Assembly: GCA_937983305.1 (NCBI GenBank)
Contig: CALKAJ010000030.1
Span: 20-64,019 of the forward strand
DNA length: 64,000 bases
Direction: 5' to 3'
Source of the DNA: an uncultured Ignavibacteriota bacterium
Lineage (GTDB): Bacteria > Bacteroidota > Ignavibacteria > Tepidaquicellales > Tepidaquicellaceae
Positions 36,842 to 46,615 of this stretch are shown here, one piece after another. How positions within the stretch are numbered: position 1 is the first letter of the stretch; each line of letters opens with the position of its first letter. The notes below the pieces were generated by a model. That model did not search any database and had not been told where the DNA came from. It worked only from the letters and a program-made list of their open reading frames with translations. The position numbers were made by a program, and so were the translations under genes.

Positions 36842-39800
36842 TTCACCTCCTTTATGATATGTTTGCTTCCTGAATCCATATCAAGATATAATAGATATTT
36901 TCCGGTTACGTTATAATTCATTGCAGAAAGTGCTTCCGCATATTTATTTATCTGTGTAATATGTTCGGGCTTTTCGGCTCCCGTTTTATAATCTATAACT
37001 TTTACATCTTTACCGTTTATGATTATTCTGTCAGGTCTTATAAAATTTCCTTCGGGAAGCAGGATATCTTTTTCATTCATAACCTCCCACCCTGGCGAGA
37101 ACCAACCGGCAATTATTTCATTCTCAAAAAATTTCCTGATACTTTTTATAATATTTTCACTGTTTTCTTTAATGAAATCACCGTTCTTAGTTCCTTGTTC
37201 AATAATGTTTTCCAAATCATCAAAAGTCTTCATTTCCGAAAGTATGTTGTGCACTATATTACCTGTTGTTATTCCTGCAAAAGCTTTATCCCATGGCTTT
37301 ACGGAATAATTCTTCGGCTTAACAACAATCTTGGATTTCCATTTCGATGATATATGTTCAAATGCCCGGTTATTTTTAATTACTCCATTTTCTTTTCCGG
37401 CTATTTTCTCAACCTTTCCTGTCTCATAAATACCGTCTTTTATTTTGTCTTTAAATTCATCGCTTTCGGAAATTGTCTTTTCCAGTAATTTGCTGATTTT
37501 ATTATCCGAACTCATAGGAACCATCGCAAAAAGCATATCTTCCGGTCTTGTAAATGCAACGTATAATAAATTCAGGTTATCTATTCTTGTTAATTCGGAT
37601 TCCTCAATGTAATCGTTTTTAAAAAAAGTATCGTTCAAACCCTTTGCCGGATTCACGAGATATGCAGGAAATTTGTTGAAAGGAGCTTCAGCGGAAGATG
37701 CCCAGATATATCCTTTGTTTGGCTCAATATTCAGTCCCCAAACAACAAAAGGAACAATAACGATTTTGCTCTGTAATCCCTTGGCTTTGTGTATGGTCAT
37801 AACTGCAACAGAGTTTCCGGATTCCGAAACTGAAATTGAAAGTTTATCTTTATTGTTATCCCACCATTCGAGGAAACTCACTACGTCTGACTGTTTCCCG
37901 GATGAAAATTCAAGGATTGAGTTTAAAAACTTAATAAGATAAGCATCGGCAGATTTATCCATTCCCGTTATTTCAACAAGACGTTCAGCAAGTTCATAAA
38001 CATTTAATCCAAGCAGTTCAGGCTCTATTAATTTTTTCGCGGAACGGTTACTTTTATTATCTGCAAATAATCCTTGAGGTAATTCATTAAAAAAAGTGCC
38101 TTCTATTCCGGCAGGTGCAAATAATTTATTTAGCTCTTTGTTATTTTGCTTAATATAAACCGAATAGTTCGTAATGGCTTCCGCTTCGGCTAATACATCT
38201 TTTGAATCAGTAACATAACGGAATAAGCTGACTATCAGATTTACTTTTGGCGAGCTCGTTACAAGAAGAGATTCTGATGAGACGACGCTATATCCGTTTT
38301 CAACAAGGTAGTTAGATACTTCGATGCTTTCAAGGCGTGTTCTTATCAAAATCATAATATCCGAATGAGAATAGCCTTTACTTATAACTTCTTCAATAAT
38401 ACCCGGAATTTTTTTTAGAGCTTTTGCCTTTGCTTTTTCTTCTTCGTCTTTGTTCTCCTCAATGAATTCAATCCGGACATATCCTCCCTTGTTATTTTCA
38501 AGATAGTTTTGCTCTAAATCTTTTAAATATGCTTTCTCCAGAAGCTCCTTTTGCTCACCATCTGCAAGCTCTATATGAAGGTGTGCGTTTTTAAAAAAGT
38601 TGTTGTTAAATTCCACAATCTCTTTTTTACTCCTGTAGTTATTTCCGAGATTTATAGTATCAATTTCATTTTTAAAATCCGTCAAATCATCTTTCACTTT
38701 ACCGAGAAGTAATTTCATATTTCCGCTTCGCCATCTGTATATTGATTGCTTGACGTCGCCTACGATAATTGATTTATTGCCTTCGCTGAGAGAATTTATA
38801 ATCAGAGGTCTCAGGTTTTTCCACTGAAAGCTTGATGTATCCTGAAATTCATCTATCAGAAAATTATTATATCTGTTACCTGTTTTCTCAAAAATGAAAG
38901 GCGAATTATCCGCCGACATTAAATTAAGCAGAATATTATTAATATCGCTTTGGAGTAAAATATTATTTTCTTTCCTGTAATCTTTAAGGTTTGAAATAAA
39001 ATCAGTGAAAATCCCAAGTATGTATATTGTCTTTAAAATCTCATTTGCAGTGTAAAATTTTTCCTTGTTTGAATCATAATAATTTTTTGCATCAATCAGA
39101 GCTTGCAGAAATCCGTCGTTAATACATTTCTCTAATTCGGATTTTTTTGCTGACGTTTTTTTAATTAACTTTGATTGGTCATTTATTACATCTGTGACTC
39201 TTGATCCGAAATCGTATTCTTCGTTCACCAGGATTTTATTAAATAAATATCCGGCGGCACCGTTTTTTCCATAATTAAAATCTTCAAGAACTAAATTATA
39301 TCTATCGGCAGTTTCTTTTGCTTTTAAAGCAATTCCTTTCATATCTGCTTTAAATATTCTCGTTATTTCATTAAGCTCGCCAATCAGCTTTACAAACTCT
39401 TCTCTGCTTTCTGTCGAAGTATTTCCGGATTCATGTTTTTTCTCCCAGTACCGCTCTTTGAAAATTTCACCGGAAATATTTGAAATATTATAATCAATAT
39501 TCCAGCCGGAATTTTTTTCAACTCTGTCTTTAATATAATCAATAATATATTTCATAAGCTCCGGGTCGTCTTCCGTTTGTTTCCAGAGTCTTTCCGTAAT
39601 ATCTTCAAGAACTTCATCTGTATCAAGTTGAATTTCAAAACCGGCAGGTATTTTCAATTCCTTCGCAAATGCTCTTACAATTTTATTAAAAAAACTGTCA
39701 ATAGTGCTTATGGAAAAATCAGAAAACCCGTGCAAAATCTTTTCAATTACAATTTTTGCTTTTGTCTGAATTTCTTCCGGAAGTGTATCTTCGTCACACA

Positions 39801-40029
39801 GTTGATTCTTTAAGTCAAGAAATTTACTGCTTTCGTCACCCTCGCTCAGTTTTTCAAGGTATTCTATTATCCTGCTCTTCATTTCTTCCGTTGCCTTATT
39901 CGTAAATGTAATGGCAAGTATATTTCTGAAACGTTCGGGACTTTTAAAAGCAATTTTCAAATATTCTTTGACTAATGTATGTGTCTTTCCCGAGCCGGCA
40001 GACGATTTATAAATTAATAAATTCCCCAT
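36838..40029 (-). CDS. AddA/UvrD-family ATP-dependent helicase-nuclease
   Basis: 1063 aa. Walker A SSAGSGKTH and motif II IDEFQDTS. C-terminal PD-(D/E)XK motif (RPDRIIING...VIDYKTG). Confidence 0.85.
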   Translation of the reverse strand: MGNLLIYKSSAGSGKTHTLVKEYLKIAFKSPERFRNILAITFTNKATEEMKSRIIEYLEKLSEGDESSKFLDLKNQLCDEDTLPEEIQTKAKIVIEKILHGFSDFSISTIDSFFNKIVRAFAKELKIPAGFEIQLDTDEVLEDITERLWKQTEDDPELMKYIIDYIKDRVEKNSGWNIDYNISNISGEIFKERYWEKKHESGNTSTESREEFVKLIGELNEITRIFKADMKGIALKAKETADRYNLVLEDFNYGKNGAAGYLFNKILVNEEYDFGSRVTDVINDQSKLIKKTSAKKSELEKCINDGFLQALIDAKNYYDSNKEKFYTANEILKTIYILGIFTDFISNLKDYRKENNILLQSDINNILLNLMSADNSPFIFEKTGNRYNNFLIDEFQDTSSFQWKNLRPLIINSLSEGNKSIIVGDVKQSIYRWRSGNMKLLLGKVKDDLTDFKNEIDTINLGNNYRSKKEIVEFNNNFFKNAHLHIELADGEQKELLEKAYLKDLEQNYLENNKGGYVRIEFIEENKDEEEKAKAKALKKIPGIIEEVISKGYSHSDIMILIRTRLESIEVSNYLVENGYSVVSSESLLVTSSPKVNLIVSLFRYVTDSKDVLAEAEAITNYSVYIKQNNKELNKLFAPAGIEGTFFNELPQGLFADNKSNRSAKKLIEPELLGLNVYELAERLVEITGMDKSADAYLIKFLNSILEFSSGKQSDVVSFLEWWDNNKDKLSISVSESGNSVAVMTIHKAKGLQSKIVIVPFVVWGLNIEPNKGYIWASSAEAPFNKFPAYLVNPAKGLNDTFFKNDYIEESELTRIDNLNLLYVAFTRPEDMLFAMVPMSSDNKISKLLEKTISESDEFKDKIKDGIYETGKVEKIAGKENGVIKNNRAFEHISSKWKSKIVVKPKNYSVKPWDKAFAGITTGNIVHNILSEMKTFDDLENIIEQGTKNGDFIKENSENIIKSIRKFFENEIIAGWFSPGWEVMNEKDILLPEGNFIRPDRIIINGKDVKVIDYKTGAEKPEHITQINKYAEALSAMNYNVTGKYLLYLDMDSGSKHIIKEVK

Positions 40030-40071
40030 ATAATTATATTTTAATCTTCATTGTTTTCTTCAAATATACAA

Positions 40072-40124
40072 AATCCATATTTAAAAATATTCTCACAAAA
40101 TGAGAAAAAATATAAATATGGATT
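40072..40124 (-). terminator. AT-rich nested hairpin, possible terminator of the upstream minus-strand gene
   Basis: Outer arms AATCCATATTTA / TAAATATGGATT and inner arms TTCTCA / TGAGAA around a CAAAA loop. On the minus strand it is followed by TTTGTATATTTG. The stem is weak. Confidence 0.35.
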
Positions 40125-40194
40125 CAAATTAATATTAAATCGTAATTAATAATCTTCCTGAAGTACTAAATTGTTAACAAAAATTGCTGAATTC

Positions 40195-40557
40195 TTACGC
40201 AGGTGGATTATATGTCTCTGTGATTGCCTGTGGGATTTCTTTCTTAATAAGGTTGTTTTTGGCATCCATTACTAAAGTGACAACTCTGTTCATAACCTGA
40301 AATACGTTATCAACATAAAGTCTTACTGCTTCAATATCCCTTGCATCAGGTCTGTTTGCAATTAATTCAAACAAATCATTTTGCGCAGAATCAAGCATGC
40401 CGATTTCAATTTCGAAAATTTTCATCCCCGATATTTTTGTTACTTTCAAAGGGGTTTTAGCTGCTTTTTTTATTTGCTTTTTGGCAGTTGCTGCCTTTTT
40501 AACCGGTTTTTTACTTTTAACCGGTTCTTTTTTTAACTTTTTTGTTGTTTTTGACAT
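40195..40557 (-). CDS. hypothetical protein with a Lys/Ala/Pro-rich histone-H1-like N-terminal tail
   Basis: 120 aa. The first ~40 residues are MSKTTKKLKKEPVKSKKPVKKAATAKKQIKKAAKTPLKVTK. The C-terminal ~75 aa are helical and unrecognised. Confidence 0.5.
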   Translation of the reverse strand: MSKTTKKLKKEPVKSKKPVKKAATAKKQIKKAAKTPLKVTKISGMKIFEIEIGMLDSAQNDLFELIANRPDARDIEAVRLYVDNVFQVMNRVVTLVMDAKNNLIKKEIPQAITETYNPPA

Positions 40558-40701
40558 AGCAAAATCCTATAATATTTTTTATAAATATAGTTGAGTTTTT
40601 CTTCATTCCTTAGTACAAAAATCCGTAAATTATTCTTAATTTGAAAGTCATTTGTTCTCTATATTAAGACAAATTTACCTCGTTTTAACATTCATATTCA
40701 A

Positions 40702-42087
40702 TCATAAAGGCAATGTTATTATAAACGCAGTTCCCGGATTGTTTTCACTTCCAATCGGAGAAGGACTTTCAAAATATAATTCGCCGTTATGCTGCTCTAT
40801 AATTTGCTTAACTATGTTTAACCCCAAACCTGTTCCTTCAAACCCTTTACTTTTAGCGTTTGATGCTCTGAAGAAATCAGTGAAAATTCTCGCTCTGTCC
40901 TTTTCAGGTATTCCAATTCCGTTATCAGATACGGTTATATTAATCATTTCATTATTCTCGGATTTATTCGCTTTAATTTCTACTTTTCCGCCTTTATTTG
41001 TATATTTTATGGAGTTTCCTATGATATTTGAAAACGCCATTTCAAGAAGAGCAGAATCAGCTGAGATGGTAATATCGTCTATATCTATATCTTCGTATTT
41101 GATATTGATTTCCTTTGCCTCAGCTGTTGATAATTTCAGATTAACAATTTTATTTAATAATTCTTTTACGCTAATTTGAGACTTCGTTATCTTATTTAAC
41201 AGTTTCAGTTTTGATATATTAAGTATATCATTAATTATCTGAACTGCTTCAACTGTTCTTGCTCTTGCCCTGACAAGTTTTGTTTCAACAGGCTGAGATA
41301 TAGGACCCGCATATTTCCCGAGTATTAAATCAATATTTGATTGAACAGCTACAATGGGAGATTTTATTTCGTGTACAATTCCCATCGTATATTTCTGCTT
41401 TACTGTTTCTGCCTCCTTTAAGCCGTCCAAGGCAACTCGCAATTCCTGCTCCCTTTTGTAAAGGACTGTTGCAAGGGAGTCTGCAAAATAAATACCCAGA
41501 TAGAGCGTAATAGTTAATGAAACAATCGTGAGAAGTAAAAAACCAACCTCGTTATGTGTTCCGGGATGAATAAAACCCTGTATATCAAAATGAGGAATAA
41601 AAGAAAAATATTCCAACAAATTAGTTATAATAAAAACAACATTCACAAAGGTGCAAAGAGTATAAACTACCCAGCCCGGTAAAATCATACTCCCGATAAT
41701 CATATGGAAAATAAAAAAAAGAATGAAAGGGCTTTCAACATTTCCCGTTAAATACGTAATCAGCAGCAAAGAAATCAAATCAAGAATAATTTGTAACAAT
41801 GATATATGCAGATGATTAAAATTCTCAGGTGATTCTTTTACGAACTCCGTTTTAGATATATACTTGAATAAAAAATTATAAGCTAAGATTAAAAGCGAAA
41901 TTAATACTAATGCAATAAATTGATAATCAGTAAGCCCAAGCCCGGGCGTAAATTTTAGCATTACAGCCAATAGCAAAGCAGATATTCCGGCAATAAATCT
42001 TAATTTTATAAACCATTTATTCCGGTTTCTTATAGTTTGCCATAATTGATCTAAATTATAAGTACTTGAAGGTATTAAATTTATCAT
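40702..42087 (-). CDS. membrane sensor histidine kinase
   Basis: 461 aa. About six N-terminal TM helices, H-box VHEIKSPI, and the ATPase motifs GNSIKYT, DNGIGI and GTGLGL. Confidence 0.9.
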   Translation of the reverse strand: MINLIPSSTYNLDQLWQTIRNRNKWFIKLRFIAGISALLLAVMLKFTPGLGLTDYQFIALVLISLLILAYNFLFKYISKTEFVKESPENFNHLHISLLQIILDLISLLLITYLTGNVESPFILFFIFHMIIGSMILPGWVVYTLCTFVNVVFIITNLLEYFSFIPHFDIQGFIHPGTHNEVGFLLLTIVSLTITLYLGIYFADSLATVLYKREQELRVALDGLKEAETVKQKYTMGIVHEIKSPIVAVQSNIDLILGKYAGPISQPVETKLVRARARTVEAVQIINDILNISKLKLLNKITKSQISVKELLNKIVNLKLSTAEAKEINIKYEDIDIDDITISADSALLEMAFSNIIGNSIKYTNKGGKVEIKANKSENNEMINITVSDNGIGIPEKDRARIFTDFFRASNAKSKGFEGTGLGLNIVKQIIEQHNGELYFESPSPIGSENNPGTAFIITLPL

Positions 42088-42153
42088 AAAATCTCGTTTT
42101 GTACCTACAAATTAGCTAATATTAGTTGATATTTGAAATACAAAAAAAAATAC

Positions 42154-44130
42154 TTATCTCAACAAAACAAACTTCCTCGCTTCTGAATAATCATTTACTT
42201 TGATTCTGTAAAAATATACTCCGCTTGATAAAGTTTCGAAATCAGCATTTATCTTGTAATTTCCGCTTTCAAGTCTCTGATTTATTAGAGATGTTATCTT
42301 TTTCCCTTTTATATCAAATACATCAATTGATACATCTCCGGAGACAGGAATTGAAAATTTAAATACAGTTGAAGAATTAAACGGATTTGGATAATTCTGA
42401 AACAACTCATATTTTTCGGGGATTTCATTTTCAGCTTTAGTTATTGCCGTAGGAAATGTTCTGAAGCTGAAAACTTCTGACCATACATTGCTTCCGGTAT
42501 ATTTAACTCTCCAGTAATATTTTTCATTTGGCTCAAGTAAATTAGAGCTTATCTGATAACTTGTTGCAGAATGATTTTGAACATAAATCAAAGAACTTGA
42601 GAAAATCTCTGATGTTGACAATTGAATCGTGTATAAATGTGAGCCGCTTGCTCCGCTCCATACAAGCAGCGGGTTGTATAAAACATTTATAGCCCCGTTT
42701 GCCGGACTTATCAAAGTTGGTGCGTATAGGTTTTGCTCGGGCTTAAACAGTTTAACTTTTATGAACTTCTGTGAGGCATAAGATTTGCCGTTCAGTCTTC
42801 CGTTGACAAATGAGCCGGGTATCGTATCAGAAGTTGCAGATAAATAACTATAGTGAAAATTATTATCATATCCATTATTTGGAGAAATTGAAACATCACT
42901 CCAATCAAGCCTCGGTGATACCGGATTTATTCTTATCGGTGTAATTGCTTTAGTACCTTTTTCCAGAGGTATAACTCCTTCTTCTGAAATAAAATAAATA
43001 TCCTTGAATGATGTTGGTATTGAGTTTCCTCCCGTTTGATTCGATGTTGCCGTAAATGCAACACTAATATTATAATTTTCAATAGCACCTATTACCGGTT
43101 TACATACCGGAGCACAATTGTCATTTACACCGATATACGGATAGAATGGAACGTTTGAAGAATCAGCAATAATAGCACTTCTGTTTGGGTCTGTTCCGAC
43201 AAATTCTGATGACCAAAATCTTATTTGAGAAGGAAGCAGCGGAGAGTATTCCCCCTGCTGGTTGTACTTTACTACATCAAAAACTACATTTGGAGATTTC
43301 TTTATAAATACAATTGAGATTCCCTGAAAACCACCAAGTCCATCCCCGGATAAATTTGCATCAAATATTTTAACAGGATAACCAAATGTTATTCCATTGT
43401 CATTGGATTGCATATAAAATACATCACCGAACTCATTTAAATCAGACAAAGATTTCTTAATATAAGCTATCCCTATTATACCGTTAGAACCCTTTCCAAT
43501 TGCATAGTTCTCTTTGCCTTTAGCACCCATTCCTGCCCATTGTCCAAAAATATCTGATGTTAATGAAGTAGAATAATTCCTGAAAGCAGTGTCACTGCCG
43601 TTAGAACAAACAAAAACAAACTTAACAGGATTTGAAACATTTTCTGTAAACACAAACCGCGGATACATAGTCTGATAAGAGGGTATCAACGCAGGCTGAA
43701 GAAGAAAAAACGATCCTAATCCCGGAAGTGCATCATAAAAAAACTGAACTCTAAGATTTCCTCCAATTTGTGAATGAACACCAATTAGTGCATTTCCTTC
43801 AGATGATATGGTTATAGAAGGATATCTTGTTAATATAGGTGTCAAATTTGCTATATATGACCATGTAATTCCTTCGTCGGATGAGAAAAAATATACAGTT
43901 TGCATACCGGAAAAATTTGTATCCGAATAAGAAGTAGCCATATATACTGAATGAACATATCCTGTTTCTTTATCGAAAGCAATCTGCATCGGAGATGCAT
44001 TTGACTGATAATCGTGCAAGGTCTTTGCACCTGTAGGAATGATTGATATTACAGTCGAAGTTTTATTTTGTGAGAGCAAAAAGCTCTGAAAGCCAAAAAA
44101 TAAGATAACTAAAATAAACCCTTTAATCAT
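42154..44130 (-). CDS. secreted BNR/Asp-box repeat protein with FN3-like and T9SS sorting domains
   Basis: 658 aa. Signal peptide. Asp-boxes SSDEGITW and SNDNGITF. C-terminal YELFQNYPNPFNSSTVFKF...VFDIKGKKI...SSGVYFYRI...RKFVLLR. Confidence 0.75.
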   Translation of the reverse strand: MIKGFILVILFFGFQSFLLSQNKTSTVISIIPTGAKTLHDYQSNASPMQIAFDKETGYVHSVYMATSYSDTNFSGMQTVYFFSSDEGITWSYIANLTPILTRYPSITISSEGNALIGVHSQIGGNLRVQFFYDALPGLGSFFLLQPALIPSYQTMYPRFVFTENVSNPVKFVFVCSNGSDTAFRNYSTSLTSDIFGQWAGMGAKGKENYAIGKGSNGIIGIAYIKKSLSDLNEFGDVFYMQSNDNGITFGYPVKIFDANLSGDGLGGFQGISIVFIKKSPNVVFDVVKYNQQGEYSPLLPSQIRFWSSEFVGTDPNRSAIIADSSNVPFYPYIGVNDNCAPVCKPVIGAIENYNISVAFTATSNQTGGNSIPTSFKDIYFISEEGVIPLEKGTKAITPIRINPVSPRLDWSDVSISPNNGYDNNFHYSYLSATSDTIPGSFVNGRLNGKSYASQKFIKVKLFKPEQNLYAPTLISPANGAINVLYNPLLVWSGASGSHLYTIQLSTSEIFSSSLIYVQNHSATSYQISSNLLEPNEKYYWRVKYTGSNVWSEVFSFRTFPTAITKAENEIPEKYELFQNYPNPFNSSTVFKFSIPVSGDVSIDVFDIKGKKITSLINQRLESGNYKINADFETLSSGVYFYRIKVNDYSEARKFVLLR

Positions 44131-44255
44131 TTTTTTAGTTTTTAAATTTTATAATAGTTTTTTAAAGACATTAGATTACTGTTTCTTTGCATAGATATTA
44201 AGTTGAACTCCGTAAAATTAATACTTATTTTTAATTAAAACAACAATAATTTTTT

Positions 44256-45353
44256 ATGATAATATTAAGAACGCTTGCAGTAATTTTATTCGCTTTCAGT
44301 TTTAACTGCGGAAGTGAAGAGAAAAATAATATTACCGCAGATACTGTCAGTAAAACTATCCCGGTAAAAGATACCGTTTCGGAATATATTTCCATTATTG
44401 GAGTCGGAGATATTATGCTCGGCTCTAATTATCCTACATCTTCGTCGCTTCCTCCAAATGACGGGGAAAACATTCTTGACGATGTAAAAGATATTCTTGC
44501 GGATGCCGATATCACAACAGGTAATCTTGAAGGATGTTTTTTAGATAAAGGCGGCACTCCTAAAGATTGCGGAGGCACAGGAGAAAATTGTCATTCGTTT
44601 CGTATGCCGACTCATTATGCGGGTTATCTGAAAAATGCAGGATTCGATTATTTATCCGTTGCAAATAATCACAGCGGTGATATGGGTAAAACTGGAAGAG
44701 AATCAACATACAATACTTTGAATGAATACGGGATTGCATTTTCCGGTACGGAGGATTATCCATATACAATAATTGAATCAAATGGAAAGAAAATCGGAAT
44801 AGCAGGATTTGCACCTAACAGAGGCTGTGTTGATATAAGGAAAATCCGGGAAGCAAAAGAGATAATTACAGAACTTAAATCAAAATCCGATATAGTAATT
44901 GTTTGGTTTCACGGCGGTGCAGAAGGGTCGGGAGCACAGCATATAACAAAGAAATCGGAAACATATATGAATGAAAACCGCGGAAATGTATATGAGTTTT
45001 CTCATTCCGTAATTGATGCAGGTGCTGATATAGTTTTCGGCTCAGGTCCTCACGTAACGAGAGCTGTTGAATTATACAAAGGTAAATTTATTGCTTACAG
45101 TCTCGGTAACTTTTGCACCTATGGAAAATTCGGTTTGGGAGGACAACTTGGTATTACTCCAATAATTAAAGTGTATATAAACGCAAAAGGTGATTTTGTA
45201 AAAGCTGAAGTTACATCTGTAAAACAAATTAAGCGTGGATTTCCTGTTATTGATGAAACAGGTAAGGCGTTTTCTACTTTACAGAAACTTACCGAATCTG
45301 ATTTTCCCGAAACGGAATTAATATTTGAGGGAAACGAAATAAAAAGGAAATAA
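44256..45353 (+). CDS. CapA-family (PGA_cap metallophosphatase-like) lipoprotein
   Basis: 365 aa. Lipobox-like AFSFNCG. GVGDIMLG, TTGNLEG, VANNHSGD and VWFHGGAEG match the CapA/PGA_cap pattern. Confidence 0.75.
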   Translation: MIILRTLAVILFAFSFNCGSEEKNNITADTVSKTIPVKDTVSEYISIIGVGDIMLGSNYPTSSSLPPNDGENILDDVKDILADADITTGNLEGCFLDKGGTPKDCGGTGENCHSFRMPTHYAGYLKNAGFDYLSVANNHSGDMGKTGRESTYNTLNEYGIAFSGTEDYPYTIIESNGKKIGIAGFAPNRGCVDIRKIREAKEIITELKSKSDIVIVWFHGGAEGSGAQHITKKSETYMNENRGNVYEFSHSVIDAGADIVFGSGPHVTRAVELYKGKFIAYSLGNFCTYGKFGLGGQLGITPIIKVYINAKGDFVKAEVTSVKQIKRGFPVIDETGKAFSTLQKLTESDFPETELIFEGNEIKRK

Positions 45354-45355
45354 AA

Positions 45356-46546
45356 TTATTTTAAAGTTGAAATTAATTTTAGAAGTGATTTAAAAGGACG
45401 CCTGAAAAAGGAGGAATCCTGAGAAATATAATAAATAAAAACCGGAACTGTGGAAAATGCAAGATTCAGTGCATTCGAGAAATTTTTATACCTGCCGGAT
45501 TTTAAAATCATATCAGTTAACGGTTTTTTCAACTCAACACTTATGGCAGTAAAGTTAAAGATAAGAAATACTGCCCTGAGACTCATTTCAATTCCTGCCG
45601 ATAATCCATTTGAATTTAAGCCCCAGCTGTCGTCTTTAACTCCGCTGATAAAATAAGATGCAAGCAGTGTTATTGCAATAACCGGAATCCAGAATTTTGG
45701 TTTTACAATTTTTTTGATGACAGGCTTATACCAGATTAATATCAGAATACAACTTGCAATTACAAACGAAGCCTTTACATATATGCTGACAAAATAATTT
45801 AAACTAAGAAATGAAACCGTAATAATAAAAACAGTTAATAATTTAATTTTTGAATAACGAAAATTTACATTTGGTTTTATTATATCACCGGTATTAATTG
45901 AAGCTAAAGATTCAGATGTTCCGGTTTCTTTTAATGCCTTCCTGCCGACTATATATCCAATCAGAGCTGCAATACTTCCAAAGAGCATATAAATTACTAC
46001 AAGAAAAACTAAAGGCATTACGGGACTGCCGGAAGCAAACGGAATTGATTTCAGAGCATATTCGTATATATTATTATATAGTATTATCAAATCCGTTCCA
46101 TATAATATCAAATAGTTGAAAATTCTTTGAAGCAATACCCATACTATCGCAAATCCTCCGCCTATCAAATACGCGGGTAGATTTCTACCGAAGATTAAAA
46201 TTGCAAATTCGATTAAAGCGGCTTCTGCCATTATCGCTATTACAGGACCAAAAATATTCATACCCGGAGAAAAGAGTTTCATAACCGCACAGATAACACC
46301 TGCCCTGATAATAATCCCTTTAATATTCCAGACTTGAAAAACAGCAATAAGGAGGACTACTGAGGCAGAGGCAAGAAACTGACCTGAGAAAGGAATCTTT
46401 AACGAATGAAGAAAATTCCCTGCAATAATTTCAAATGATGCCCAGAGACTTCCCAGTATTGCGGATTTTATCCAAATGCTTTCGGGATTTTTTTTAATTA
46501 TTTCATTCAATGTATTCAAATATAATTCAATTTTATAAAATATCAA
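45356..46546 (-). CDS. polytopic membrane protein, function unknown
   Basis: 396 aa with about 9-10 hydrophobic helices. TTG start per the ORF track. No family recognised confidently. Confidence 0.5.
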   Translation of the reverse strand: MIFYKIELYLNTLNEIIKKNPESIWIKSAILGSLWASFEIIAGNFLHSLKIPFSGQFLASASVVLLIAVFQVWNIKGIIIRAGVICAVMKLFSPGMNIFGPVIAIMAEAALIEFAILIFGRNLPAYLIGGGFAIVWVLLQRIFNYLILYGTDLIILYNNIYEYALKSIPFASGSPVMPLVFLVVIYMLFGSIAALIGYIVGRKALKETGTSESLASINTGDIIKPNVNFRYSKIKLLTVFIITVSFLSLNYFVSIYVKASFVIASCILILIWYKPVIKKIVKPKFWIPVIAITLLASYFISGVKDDSWGLNSNGLSAGIEMSLRAVFLIFNFTAISVELKKPLTDMILKSGRYKNFSNALNLAFSTVPVFIYYISQDSSFFRRPFKSLLKLISTLK

Positions 46547-46615
46547 AGATGGAATAATTAATAGATATTATAATATTTTATTACTGATTATATTTAAATA
46601 TTATATTATCGAACT

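Noticed and set aside
34031-40029. The large helicase-nuclease pair as a possible novel defence system
   Set aside because: Its motifs are UvrD-type Walker A/B, two PD-(D/E)XK nuclease domains and the C-x2-C-x5-C iron-staple. Together with the 4-nt overlap, these fit the ordinary AddAB/RexAB double-strand-break repair enzyme of the FCB group.
40652-41179. 175-aa plus-strand ORF, and similar long antisense ORFs at 621-815, 6453-6803, 20778-21161, 35904-36299, 36961-37350, 48230-48700, 53718-54128 and 54607-55296
   Set aside because: Each lies entirely inside a well-supported gene on the opposite strand. Each has a low-complexity, S/F/I/L-rich composition typical of the antisense frame of AT-rich genes, and none has recognisable motifs.
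44256-45353. The CapA-family gene as evidence for a poly-gamma-glutamate capsule locus
   Set aside because: No capB/capC (PgsB/PgsC) ligase genes are adjacent. Orphan CapA-like metallophosphatase lipoproteins are common, so no system is inferred.
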